Positions 16,692 through 25,237 of a stretch of 32,000 bases of DNA are shown here, in pieces (the stretch's first letter is position 1; each line of letters opens with the position of its first letter). The DNA comes from Candidatus Methanoperedens sp. (GTDB lineage Archaea; Halobacteriota; Methanosarcinia; Methanosarcinales; Methanoperedenaceae), in assembly GCA_027460535.1 (NCBI GenBank), contig JAPZAR010000011.1, positions 150,001 through 182,000 of the forward strand, read 5' to 3'. The position numbers and the translations under genes were made by a program. The notes below the pieces were generated by a model that saw nothing but the letters and a program-made list of their open reading frames with translations, did not search any database and had not been told where the DNA came from.

Positions 16692-17582
16692 ATGAAACAG
16701 GAACGCTGGGGCAACATCGGGTCCAAATTCGCACACCTGACCAGTGTGCACCCGTGTTACAATGAAAAAGCACACTTCACGACAGCAAGGATACACTTAC
16801 CTGTGGCGCCGCGCTGCAATATCCAGTGCAACTACTGTATCAGGAAACTGGACAAATGCGAACACAGGCCCGGTGTGGCCTCAAGTATTTTGAATCCCCG
16901 TGAAGCACTTGTAAGGGTTGATAAATACGCAAAGGAAATGCAAAATCTAAAGGTTGTGGGTATCGCCGGACCTGGCGAGGCTCTTGCGAATGAAGACTCC
17001 TTAGAAACCATGCGACTTGTGCATGAAAAATATCCTGACCTTATAAAATGCGTGGCGAGCAACGGTCTTTTGCTTTCTGAAAAAGTGGATGATCTTGTCA
17101 AAGCAGGAGTGACAAGCGTAACTGTTACGATAAATGCGGTTGACCCTGAAGTCGGAGCAAAGATATATTCCTTTGTTCGCTACCATGATAAGACCTATAG
17201 AGGCGTGGAAGGTGCAAAACTTTTGATCGAGAAACAGTTCGAAGGCATAAAGAAGGCAAGCGAAGCAGGATTGAACGTTAAAGTCAACACAGTCCTTATC
17301 CCCGAGATCAATTTCGAGCAGGTGAAGGAAATAGCAAGAAGAGCCGCAGAAAACGGGGCGATAATTATGAACATCATTCCCCTGATACCCCTTAACAGGT
17401 TTGAGAAAGAAAGACCGCCGGAGTGCGATGAGCTTAACATGGCAAGGACGATCGCTGAAGAGTTCCTGCCCCAGTTCAGGCTGTGCAGGCAGTGCCGCGC
17501 GGATGCGATCGGGGTCCCAGGTCAAGAACCATGTGGTTCTCCCGTGCAGGCGCATTCGACAGGCGAATATTACCATGCATAA
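16692..17582 (+). CDS. nifB: NifB-type radical SAM protein (stand-alone SAM domain, methanogen type)
   Basis: 296 aa. HPCYNEKAHFTTARIHLPVAPRCNIQCNYCIRK..CEHRPGV and C-terminal CRQCRADAIG match NifB. GAGGA SD upstream. Confidence 0.75.
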   Translation: MKQERWGNIGSKFAHLTSVHPCYNEKAHFTTARIHLPVAPRCNIQCNYCIRKLDKCEHRPGVASSILNPREALVRVDKYAKEMQNLKVVGIAGPGEALANEDSLETMRLVHEKYPDLIKCVASNGLLLSEKVDDLVKAGVTSVTVTINAVDPEVGAKIYSFVRYHDKTYRGVEGAKLLIEKQFEGIKKASEAGLNVKVNTVLIPEINFEQVKEIARRAAENGAIIMNIIPLIPLNRFEKERPPECDELNMARTIAEEFLPQFRLCRQCRADAIGVPGQEPCGSPVQAHSTGEYYHA

Positions 17583-17658
17583 TCCGCGCGTACAGCGTTT
17601 CAGGTTTATACTTCCACATTAATAAATATCTCCAAGGTAATATCAAATCATCGACATA

Positions 17659-17670
17659 TTTATTATATAA
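17659..17670 (+). promoter_or_regulatory. TATA-box-like element upstream of aIF5A
   Basis: TTTATTATATAA lies 30-41 nt upstream of the aIF5A ATG, and AGGAGA lies 7-12 nt upstream of the ATG. Confidence 0.35.
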
Positions 17671-17699
17671 GAAGGTATCTTGGAACCAGGAGAATTGCA

Positions 17700-18086
17700 A
17701 TGAAGGAACAAGTTGAAATACGCTCATTAAAGGAAGGAAAATACATCCTGATAGATGATGAACCCTGCGTCATCAAGAGCATGACCCATTCAAAAACAGG
17801 AAAGCACGGTTCAGCGAAATCCAGGATCGATGCCATCGGCATATTCGACGGGATGAAGCGGTCGATCATAGCCCCGGTGACAGAAAAGACTTACATACCT
17901 ATCGTTGAAAGAAAGAACGGGCAGGTGTTGGCAGTTTCCGGGGAAGTTGCCCAGATAATGGATTTGGCGGATTATTCCACACTGGAACTTAAGATACCAG
18001 ATGACCTCAAAGGCAAAATAGAAGCGGGAAAAGAGATTTCCTATCTGATCTCGATGGGAAAAATGAAAATAGATATGCGAACATAG
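17700..18086 (+). CDS. eif5a: Translation initiation factor 5A (aIF5A)
   Basis: 128 aa. The hypusination loop HSKTGKHGSAK is present. Confidence 0.9.
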   Translation: MKEQVEIRSLKEGKYILIDDEPCVIKSMTHSKTGKHGSAKSRIDAIGIFDGMKRSIIAPVTEKTYIPIVERKNGQVLAVSGEVAQIMDLADYSTLELKIPDDLKGKIEAGKEISYLISMGKMKIDMRT

Positions 18087-18947
18087 ATGCAAAGAACCAG
18101 TTTTGCTGACGCAACATCGGATTATAAAAACGCACGGTACGTGATTTGTGGGGTGCCTTTTGACGGCACTTCCTGTTTCAGGCGTGGAAGTAAAATCGCG
18201 CCTCAGGAAATGAGGAATAACTCATATAATTTCGAGACATACAACTATTTTTTCGATATAGACCTGCGCGATGTCGAAATACATGATGCGGGAGATCTTG
18301 AGATAGCTTCGGATGTGGATTCAACCCTGGATATGATTTCAGTCCATGCCGGGAATTTTGTAGCTGACGGAAAGATCCCTGTAATGCTCGGGGGTGAGCA
18401 TTCCCTCACACTGCCTTTTGCCAAAGCCTGTAAAAAGAAATATCCGGAACTGGGATTCGTGGTCTTTGATGCACATATGGATATGAGGAAAGAATATGAA
18501 GGCGAAAAAAACAGCCATGCATGTATCTCACGGCACATCATTGAAAATGTGACGAAAAAATATGCAGCCGTGGGCATTAGAAGCGGAGCACGCGAGGAAT
18601 ATGAGTATGTGAGCAATAACGGGATCAAGATGTTCTCGGCAGAAGACGTGTTTTCCTCTGGCATCGAGAGAATAATCCATGAAATTCGCCATTATATCGA
18701 TGGGCCATTATATTTGTCCATCGATATGGACGCCATTGACCCTGCTTATGCCCCCGCTCTGGGAACACCTGAGCCCTATGGGCTGGCACCTCGCGATATC
18801 AGGGAAGCGATTTCATGTCTGGCGCCTGATATTGTTGGTTTTGACATTGTCGAGATTGCTCCTCCATATGATTCCGGAGGGACGGCCCTCCTGGGCACAA
18901 AGCTTGTGCGCGATTTCATAGCCGCCAGCGCAAAGGCCCGGTCATAG
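18087..18947 (+). CDS. speB: Agmatinase (arginase/ureohydrolase family)
   Basis: 286 aa. Metal-binding motifs GGEHS, DAHMD and SIDMDAIDP. The ATG directly abuts the aIF5A TAG stop. Confidence 0.85.
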   Translation: MQRTSFADATSDYKNARYVICGVPFDGTSCFRRGSKIAPQEMRNNSYNFETYNYFFDIDLRDVEIHDAGDLEIASDVDSTLDMISVHAGNFVADGKIPVMLGGEHSLTLPFAKACKKKYPELGFVVFDAHMDMRKEYEGEKNSHACISRHIIENVTKKYAAVGIRSGAREEYEYVSNNGIKMFSAEDVFSSGIERIIHEIRHYIDGPLYLSIDMDAIDPAYAPALGTPEPYGLAPRDIREAISCLAPDIVGFDIVEIAPPYDSGGTALLGTKLVRDFIAASAKARS

Positions 18948-20225
18948 GTTCCCACGCAATCTTTCGGCGTGAAGTATTCTCTTTACCGCGAGCTGGTAAG
19001 CCGCCCTTCGCAAACCGCAGTTTTCTTCAATGCAGAGCGCATGGACATCATTGAATGAGCTCACCATTATCTTATCCAATTTTTCAAGAACCCTCTCTTC
19101 CTCCCAGTAATCGTTATTAAGGTTCTGTATCCATTCAAAATAACTCACAACCACGCCACCGGCATTGGCCAGTATATCAGGTATGAGCATAATTTTTTTC
19201 TCGGCGAGTATTTCATCCGCTTCTATCGTAGTCGGGGCATTGGCAAGCTCAAGGACTATCTTCGATTTAACATCTCCGGCATTGCCCTCATGAAGCTGCT
19301 CCGAAAGGGCCGCAGGGACCAGGATATCGCATTCACAGGTAAGCAGTTCCTCGTTGGTGATATTGGTACTCCCTGCAAAATCGACCACGCTACCTGTCTG
19401 GTTCTTGTGCTTCATGACCTCAGGGATGTCAAGACCCTCTTTATTTATTATTCCACCTTTTGAGTCGCTCACTGCAATGACTTTATATCCTCTCTCATGA
19501 AGTATTCTGGCTGCGTTCTCACCCACGTTCCCGAACCCCTGGACCGCGAGATCCACCTGGGACCTATCCAATCCTTTCTTCTTCAGGGCTTCTTCGAGAA
19601 CAAGTATTCCGCCCAGGGAAGTTGAATAACTCCGGGCTTTGCTGCCCCCGAGCTCGATGGGTTTTCCTGTCACTACCGCAGGCACATGTTCTCCCTTTAT
19701 CCGCTCATATTCATCGAGTATCCAGACCATGATCTTTTCATCGGTATAAACATCGGGGGCGGGTATGTCCTTGTAAGGCCCGATATAGTCCGCTATTGCA
19801 CGGATAAAACTGCGTGTTACCATCTCAAGCTCGTTCCTGCTGAGTTCCTTGGGGTTCACCACAACACCCCCTTTTGACCCCCCGAAAGGTATGTTCACCA
19901 CGGCGCATTTGAGTGACATCAGAAAGGCAAGGTCTTTGACATCATCGAGTGTGAGTTCAGGATGGAACCTTATTCCCCCTTTATTAGGGCCCCTTGCATC
20001 GTTATACTGCACCCTGTAACCCACGAACATCTTTACTTTCCCTGAATCCATCCTTACCGGGAAGTGGACGGTAAACGTACGTCTGGGCATATCCAGCAGG
20101 TCGAGTTCTTCCCTTGAAAGTTCAAGGTAACTGTATAAATCCTCCAGTTCGCCGATGCATTTCTTGCAGAGATTTTCTTCATCTGCATGAATTCTTTCAT
20201 GATGTTTTATTACCAAAACTTCCAA
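18942..20225 (-). CDS. gdhA: Glutamate dehydrogenase (Glu/Leu/Phe/Val dehydrogenase family)
   Basis: 427 aa. Catalytic region GPNKGGIRFHP and dinucleotide fold VQGFGNVG. There is no N-terminal ATG. The start is TTG at 20225 or, more consistent with the AAGGAGGT SD spacing, TTG at 20216. Confidence 0.85.
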   Translation of the reverse strand: MEVLVIKHHERIHADEENLCKKCIGELEDLYSYLELSREELDLLDMPRRTFTVHFPVRMDSGKVKMFVGYRVQYNDARGPNKGGIRFHPELTLDDVKDLAFLMSLKCAVVNIPFGGSKGGVVVNPKELSRNELEMVTRSFIRAIADYIGPYKDIPAPDVYTDEKIMVWILDEYERIKGEHVPAVVTGKPIELGGSKARSYSTSLGGILVLEEALKKKGLDRSQVDLAVQGFGNVGENAARILHERGYKVIAVSDSKGGIINKEGLDIPEVMKHKNQTGSVVDFAGSTNITNEELLTCECDILVPAALSEQLHEGNAGDVKSKIVLELANAPTTIEADEILAEKKIMLIPDILANAGGVVVSYFEWIQNLNNDYWEEERVLEKLDKIMVSSFNDVHALCIEENCGLRRAAYQLAVKRILHAERLRGNL

Positions 20226-20455
20226 CCTCCTTTATCAATATTTGATTTACCTGTCGATTTAAGAAGTTTTGCTTTGCCCTGTACCCGCAAGCAACACATC
20301 AGGAATGGCGTGCATACCCGGGCATTAAAATATGGATTACACCCTGACACCCGGATTATCAGGTTTATAAGCAACGTTTTCAAGCTGACAAACTATATAT
20401 ACTCCTATTTTCCTATGAAAAGCACCGTAGATTTTAATTCTGAGGTGAAAATAAA

Positions 20456-20686
20456 ATGACACAACAGGTATTGCCCGTGCTCCCCCTTGCACCTGTGGAG
20501 CGCATAATAAGAAAGGCAGGGGCGGACAGGGTAAGCGAAGATGCAGGTATTGAACTCGCAAAAGTGCTTGAGGATTACGGACTTGAGGTCTCAAGGGAGG
20601 CCATTACGCTTGCCAAACATGCAGGCAGGACCACGGTCAAGCAGGAAGATGTGAGGCTTGCTGTAACGAGAATAAAGAAGGGATGA
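20456..20686 (+). CDS. Archaeal histone (HMf family)
   Basis: 76 aa. LPLAPVERIIRKAGADRVSEDAGIELAKVLEDYG...AKHAGRTTVKQEDVRLAV is a histone fold. GAGGTGA SD upstream. Confidence 0.9.
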   Translation: MTQQVLPVLPLAPVERIIRKAGADRVSEDAGIELAKVLEDYGLEVSREAITLAKHAGRTTVKQEDVRLAVTRIKKG

Positions 20687-20705
20687 AATCTTCTTTTACA
20701 ATTTG

Positions 20706-20712
20706 TTTTTTT
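20706..20712 (+). terminator. Oligo-T tract (T7) downstream of the histone gene
   Basis: T7 run 20 nt after the stop codon, within a T-rich stretch. Confidence 0.4.
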
Positions 20713-20772
20713 GTTTTATCTATTACGAAGAACCAAAATCCTTATATTACTTTACATCCATCGTAAAATAAG

Positions 20773-21216
20773 ATGCTATCAAAGAAGTGGATCCTCGTAT
20801 CGCTCGCAGCGCTCGTGTTATTTTCAGGTTATCTGGCTCAATCCAAGAATTTCCAGTCCGTTGATGACGGGAAGATGACGCTGCAGGAATTGAAATTCTA
20901 TACGAATCTCACCCCGGCACTTGAGGCAGCAAAAGCGCAGAGCAAACCTGTATTTTTATACGCAAGGTCTGAATCATGCGGCTGGTGCAAGAAATTCGAA
21001 GAAGAAACCTTCACGAACCAGAGCGCCATCAAGAAACTAAACGAAAACTTCATATTGGTTTCAATCGATGTGTACAAGCAAAAAAATGAAACCCGAAATT
21101 TTATGATACGAGGTACACCCACTGAGATATTTCTTGACTCATCTGGCAAGGAAATAAGAAGAATACCTGGATATGCAGATACGGAAACATTTCTCAACAC
21201 AATAAATGAATTATAA
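20773..21216 (+). CDS. Membrane-anchored/secreted thioredoxin-fold protein (CGWC active site)
   Basis: 147 aa. N-terminal hydrophobic anchor WILVSLAALVLFSGYL. CxxC motif in SESCGWCKKFEEE, with a cis-Pro-type RGTPT downstream. Confidence 0.7.
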   Translation: MLSKKWILVSLAALVLFSGYLAQSKNFQSVDDGKMTLQELKFYTNLTPALEAAKAQSKPVFLYARSESCGWCKKFEEETFTNQSAIKKLNENFILVSIDVYKQKNETRNFMIRGTPTEIFLDSSGKEIRRIPGYADTETFLNTINEL

Positions 21217-21238
21217 AAATAGAGAGGCCTGAAGAAGA

Positions 21239-22543
21239 ATGAAGCCTGAAAAGAAAGAAAAAAATGTAAAAGCAAAGAGAGAAAAAATTTCGAAAAAGAA
21301 AGGTAACAGTACGTTAATTATCGGCATCGTTGCGGTAATTGTCCTTGCCGGAATAGCGTATGCTGTTTTCTCCGCTGGACCAGCAACAAAAAAAACACAA
21401 GACACCGGGGTAAAACTTCCAAGTTTTGCTTATACGAACCCGATAACATTAAAAGCTTATAAATACGCAACCGAACATCCAGAAATACTTGAACAGATAC
21501 CATGCTACTGCGGCTGTGGATCTCACGGCAGTGAAGCTTCGGATTACAGGCCGCATCGTTTTCTGAGGGACTGCTATATTAATGATAATTGGCAATATGA
21601 CGAACACGCCTCATTCTGTGACGTCTGCGTAGGAGAAGCCACTAAAGTTCAGGAATATCTCGCCGAAGGCAAGACGCTCACGGAGGCAAGGGCACTGATA
21701 GACCAGGAGTACAGCAAAATAGGGGCAATGATGACAAATACACCCCCTGTAAGTGATAATTATATACCAATCCTGAAACCGAAACTTGCCGGAACGCTGG
21801 CAACACCAGCACCGACACCGACAATCGACTTATCCGCACTCTCCCTGCCTGATAACTTCAGATCGTTAAGTGACGGTTTGAAACTTATTCCACCCGGGAT
21901 TACATGGGCATATTTTGCGAATCTGAAACAGGGAATCGGAGTCGAGCAGAAATTTATGCATGATACGAATTTTTACGGCATACCGATTATAGGAATGCTG
22001 AATTCAGAATATCCCGACGGCTCATGGGTAGAACTGCATGATGTTGGCAAAGCAAACGCAAATGTTATATCAAATGCTGGAGCAGATGCTGACAATATCG
22101 TTTCTACACGACCATTTATATTTGATTCCAAAGATAAAACAAACAGTGTGCAGGCTCTCTTTAAAAATTCTGCAACTAATGCGAATGCATATGACTCATT
22201 TAAATCCATCCTGGAAAAAGTGGACGATGAAAATGCGGGATTTGCAAAGATAAATACCACAGCACCTCCATTTGCGGATGCAAGTTATATTGGAATAATA
22301 AAATCCGAAACCGGCATACTGGGAGAAGTAAAGGGAGAAATCGCGTTTAGAATCAAGGATAACAGCTCAGTTCCGCTGGCACAATATAACGAATTGAAAA
22401 GTTCAAGCCTATCTCGCGGGTTTAAGTCTTATGAAGTGAGCCAGGAAAATAATATATTAATTATAAAAACGACCTCTAACCTGAATAATTTTATTGCTGA
22501 AGCCACTCAGCAGTACGGAATTGATATTTCAGTCTTCGGTTAA
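21239..22543 (+). CDS. Membrane-anchored PCYCGC-motif protein with an uncharacterised ~250-aa C-terminal domain
   Basis: 434 aa. Lys-rich N-terminus and TM helix LIIGIVAVIVLAGIAYAVF. PCYCGC at nt 21500-21517, followed by H..S....H and CDVC. The rest has no motif I recognise. Confidence 0.6.
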   Translation: MKPEKKEKNVKAKREKISKKKGNSTLIIGIVAVIVLAGIAYAVFSAGPATKKTQDTGVKLPSFAYTNPITLKAYKYATEHPEILEQIPCYCGCGSHGSEASDYRPHRFLRDCYINDNWQYDEHASFCDVCVGEATKVQEYLAEGKTLTEARALIDQEYSKIGAMMTNTPPVSDNYIPILKPKLAGTLATPAPTPTIDLSALSLPDNFRSLSDGLKLIPPGITWAYFANLKQGIGVEQKFMHDTNFYGIPIIGMLNSEYPDGSWVELHDVGKANANVISNAGADADNIVSTRPFIFDSKDKTNSVQALFKNSATNANAYDSFKSILEKVDDENAGFAKINTTAPPFADASYIGIIKSETGILGEVKGEIAFRIKDNSSVPLAQYNELKSSSLSRGFKSYEVSQENNILIIKTTSNLNNFIAEATQQYGIDISVFG

Positions 22544-23259
22544 TGCCCGCACCTTCCATATTCCTGGTTTTCATCGCAGGCATGGCAACAGTGATAACGC
22601 CGTGCGTTCTCCCCATCCTGCCTGCGGTGTTGTCTGGCTCCATAGGGAGCAGACTGCGCCCCTTAGCCATAGTCATGGGCATGACAATAACCTTTACTCT
22701 GATGGGCGTCCTCATTTCAGCGGTTGCGTCTTTTTCTTTTTTCGCTGATTACCTGCGATGGCTCTCGATCTTTTTTATTATCGGCATGGGCGCTGTCTTG
22801 TTTGACAATGATATAAATCAGGCATACGTGAATGCTTCAAGCTCGATTTTGAATTTCGCAAGGCAGCGTTTCTCTTATATGGGAAACATTGAATCATTCG
22901 CGCCCAGGGAAGGGCTGCTCGGAGGTCTTTTCCTGGGTGTATCCCTCGGCATCCTCTGGATACCATGCGTGGGCCCTATTCTCGGGGCAGTATTTGCTTT
23001 CGTCGCCGCAGGTTCTGCCAATCTTTTTCAAGGGAGTATTCTTCTCCTGGTATATTCTCTCGGGGTTGGAATTCCCATGCTTGGCATTGCATATTCGGGA
23101 AAAAGAGTTTCGGGCCGTGTCACCTGGTTGGCGAAAAGAGGTCATTTTTTTAAGAAGCTCTCAGGCTTGATCCTGATAATCGTAGGATTAATGATGCTCT
23201 TTGAGATCGATAGATATCTCAAGAAAATACTGTTGCCCTATTTCCCTGTTTATTTCTGA
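22543..23259 (+). CDS. ccdA: CcdA/DsbD-family transmembrane thiol-disulfide electron transporter (paralog 1)
   Basis: 238 aa, polytopic. Conserved Cys in TPCVLPILP and WIPCVGPILGA. The start ATG overlaps the upstream stop (TAATG at 22541-22545). Confidence 0.8.
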   Translation: MPAPSIFLVFIAGMATVITPCVLPILPAVLSGSIGSRLRPLAIVMGMTITFTLMGVLISAVASFSFFADYLRWLSIFFIIGMGAVLFDNDINQAYVNASSSILNFARQRFSYMGNIESFAPREGLLGGLFLGVSLGILWIPCVGPILGAVFAFVAAGSANLFQGSILLLVYSLGVGIPMLGIAYSGKRVSGRVTWLAKRGHFFKKLSGLILIIVGLMMLFEIDRYLKKILLPYFPVYF

Positions 23260-23266
23260 GGTCGCA

Positions 23267-24649
23267 ATGAATAAGAACGATGTTGAAAACGACGAAAAAT
23301 TCGATCTGCTGGATATCTATTTTTTCAGGAGCCTTGTCAAGAACAGGTTTTTCAGGCCAGTGATCAATCTGCTTTTCTTCATCTTCCTTTTAGTCATCAT
23401 ATACTTCGGGCTTTCAAGCAATCCAGACCTGCGTTTCCACGGCGGGATCCCTTTCTCTACGACAATGATATGGGACCTCTGGCATCCACTGCTCGTCTTC
23501 ACCCTCATAATTTTCGGGAGGCTCTGGTGTTTTGCATGCCCCATAGGCGCAGTCGGGGACTGGACGCAGTCGCTCTTCAGCTTCAAGAAGAAATATCCTG
23601 AAAAGTACCGGAACCTCTGGATCGCTGTCATTCTCTTCCTGTTCATTTTCGCTGCCGAGAGGCATCTTTTCATGTTTACGCGGAATCCCCCGAATACTGC
23701 ATATCTCCTTTTATTCTTCACCGGGCTGGCAGTGGTAATGGCGGTTGTGTATGAAAAGCGGTCATTTTGCAGGTACATCTGTCCAATCGGGCTTGTGCTG
23801 GGTGTTTTCTCCATGCTCTCGGCAATTGAACTTCGCTGCAAGTCAAAGAAAACCTGCGCAGACCACAACATTAAAGAGTGCGTCATCGGCAACGAAGCCG
23901 GGAAAGCATGCCCAGTCGGCGAGTTCCCGCAAACGATGGAGCGGAACAACTATTGTATAATGTGCATGGAATGCGTGAAATCTTGTTCCAAAGGGAATAT
24001 CCGACTAAGCCCAAGGCTTCCCGGTGCGGATATCGTAAAAGCAAAAAAGATACATCTGGATGAAGCATATCTTGTCCACGGGATAATCATTATGTTCCTT
24101 TTTGTCATGGGGATGGAACGCTTCCAGTTCAGGAATACGATCATCAATTTCGTGAAATCCACGCTTCCTGTTAATTCGGTGACCTTCCTTGACCTTTACT
24201 GGAGGAACATGTGGGCGATAATAATTTTTAGCCTGATAACGCTTGGTGCCGCAGGTCTCCTCTACCTTTCCACCCGGGCATCCCTTCCCGGAAAAAACAC
24301 AAAGCAAAAGTTCATGGAATTTTCCTATGCATTCATACCCCTGGCCCTTTCTGTCTACCTTGCAGAAAACACCTTCAGGCTGCTGAAAGGATTATTCTTT
24401 CTTTTGGAGAATGCGGGTAAGGTCTTTGGTGGGGTATGGCAATTCGATGTTAATTTTGACACCATTAATCAGGCGCAGATCCTCATTTTGCTGGCAGGGT
24501 TCATTTTTTCCGTATGGGCAGGGTATCTTATCAGCAAAAGGCAATCGATTGATCATAAGGAGTTCAGGCAAAGCATGACTGCAATAAGTGTTACCGCAAT
24601 TATTTATCTCTTCATAGGGGTGATAATTCTAACGCTCCCGATAGTATAA
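23267..24649 (+). CDS. Polytopic membrane polyferredoxin, NapH/CcoG(FixG)/NosR-like
   Basis: The ATG at 23267 (GAGG upstream) follows the ccdA stop by 7 nt. Membrane-embedded WCFACPIG and FCRYICPIG motifs. Ferredoxin-type CIMCMECVKSC plus CADHNIKEC...ACP. Followed by about 5 more TM helices. Confidence 0.6.
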   Translation: MNKNDVENDEKFDLLDIYFFRSLVKNRFFRPVINLLFFIFLLVIIYFGLSSNPDLRFHGGIPFSTTMIWDLWHPLLVFTLIIFGRLWCFACPIGAVGDWTQSLFSFKKKYPEKYRNLWIAVILFLFIFAAERHLFMFTRNPPNTAYLLLFFTGLAVVMAVVYEKRSFCRYICPIGLVLGVFSMLSAIELRCKSKKTCADHNIKECVIGNEAGKACPVGEFPQTMERNNYCIMCMECVKSCSKGNIRLSPRLPGADIVKAKKIHLDEAYLVHGIIIMFLFVMGMERFQFRNTIINFVKSTLPVNSVTFLDLYWRNMWAIIIFSLITLGAAGLLYLSTRASLPGKNTKQKFMEFSYAFIPLALSVYLAENTFRLLKGLFFLLENAGKVFGGVWQFDVNFDTINQAQILILLAGFIFSVWAGYLISKRQSIDHKEFRQSMTAISVTAIIYLFIGVIILTLPIV

Positions 24650-24755
24650 TTATTTTACACATCTCGTAAAGTATAATGTATAAACATGTAAAAAAAAAGA
24701 AAAATAATAGCGCAAAACCATATAGCTTATATAGGAAACAAATCAGGATTGAGTT

Positions 24756-25235
24756 ATGAAAACCAAAAAATTGCAGTCAATACTTGTTTTGATACTGATC
24801 ATAGCCTTCGCATACGGCTCTTACACTATCTCCCTCAAGGATTTCAGGCTGAGCGATAAGAACAACAGTTACCTGGGAGGGCTCACCTGGTCAAGATCGC
24901 TGGATAAATCGATAGAACTGGCCGGGCAGGAAAACAAGCCTGTAGCGATATATTTCTGGGCCATATGGTGCCAGTACTGCGCAAAGTTCCAGAGCGACAC
25001 GCTGGGGAGCCCGCAAGTTAAGAAAATACTTGAAGATGATTTTGTTCTTGTAGCGATGGATCTCGATGTTGACAGGGACGTTGCGAACAAATATCGCGTC
25101 CAGGCTCCGCCTGCGGTAATTTTCCTTGACAATAAGGGAAACGAAATGAGGGATTTCAGGATAAATGGCGCCGTGGATGCCAGTACGTTCCTGCCCGTAG
25201 TTACTGAGGTAAGAAAACAGGTCAGGGGAAAATAG
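24756..25235 (+). CDS. Membrane-anchored thioredoxin-fold protein (WCQYC active site), CcmG/ResA-like role possible
   Basis: 159 aa. Signal-anchor ILVLILIIAFAYG. CxxC in FWAIWCQYCAKF. The gene ends 2 nt before the ccmF ATG. Confidence 0.7.
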   Translation: MKTKKLQSILVLILIIAFAYGSYTISLKDFRLSDKNNSYLGGLTWSRSLDKSIELAGQENKPVAIYFWAIWCQYCAKFQSDTLGSPQVKKILEDDFVLVAMDLDVDRDVANKYRVQAPPAVIFLDNKGNEMRDFRINGAVDASTFLPVVTEVRKQVRGK

Positions 25236-25237
25236 AT

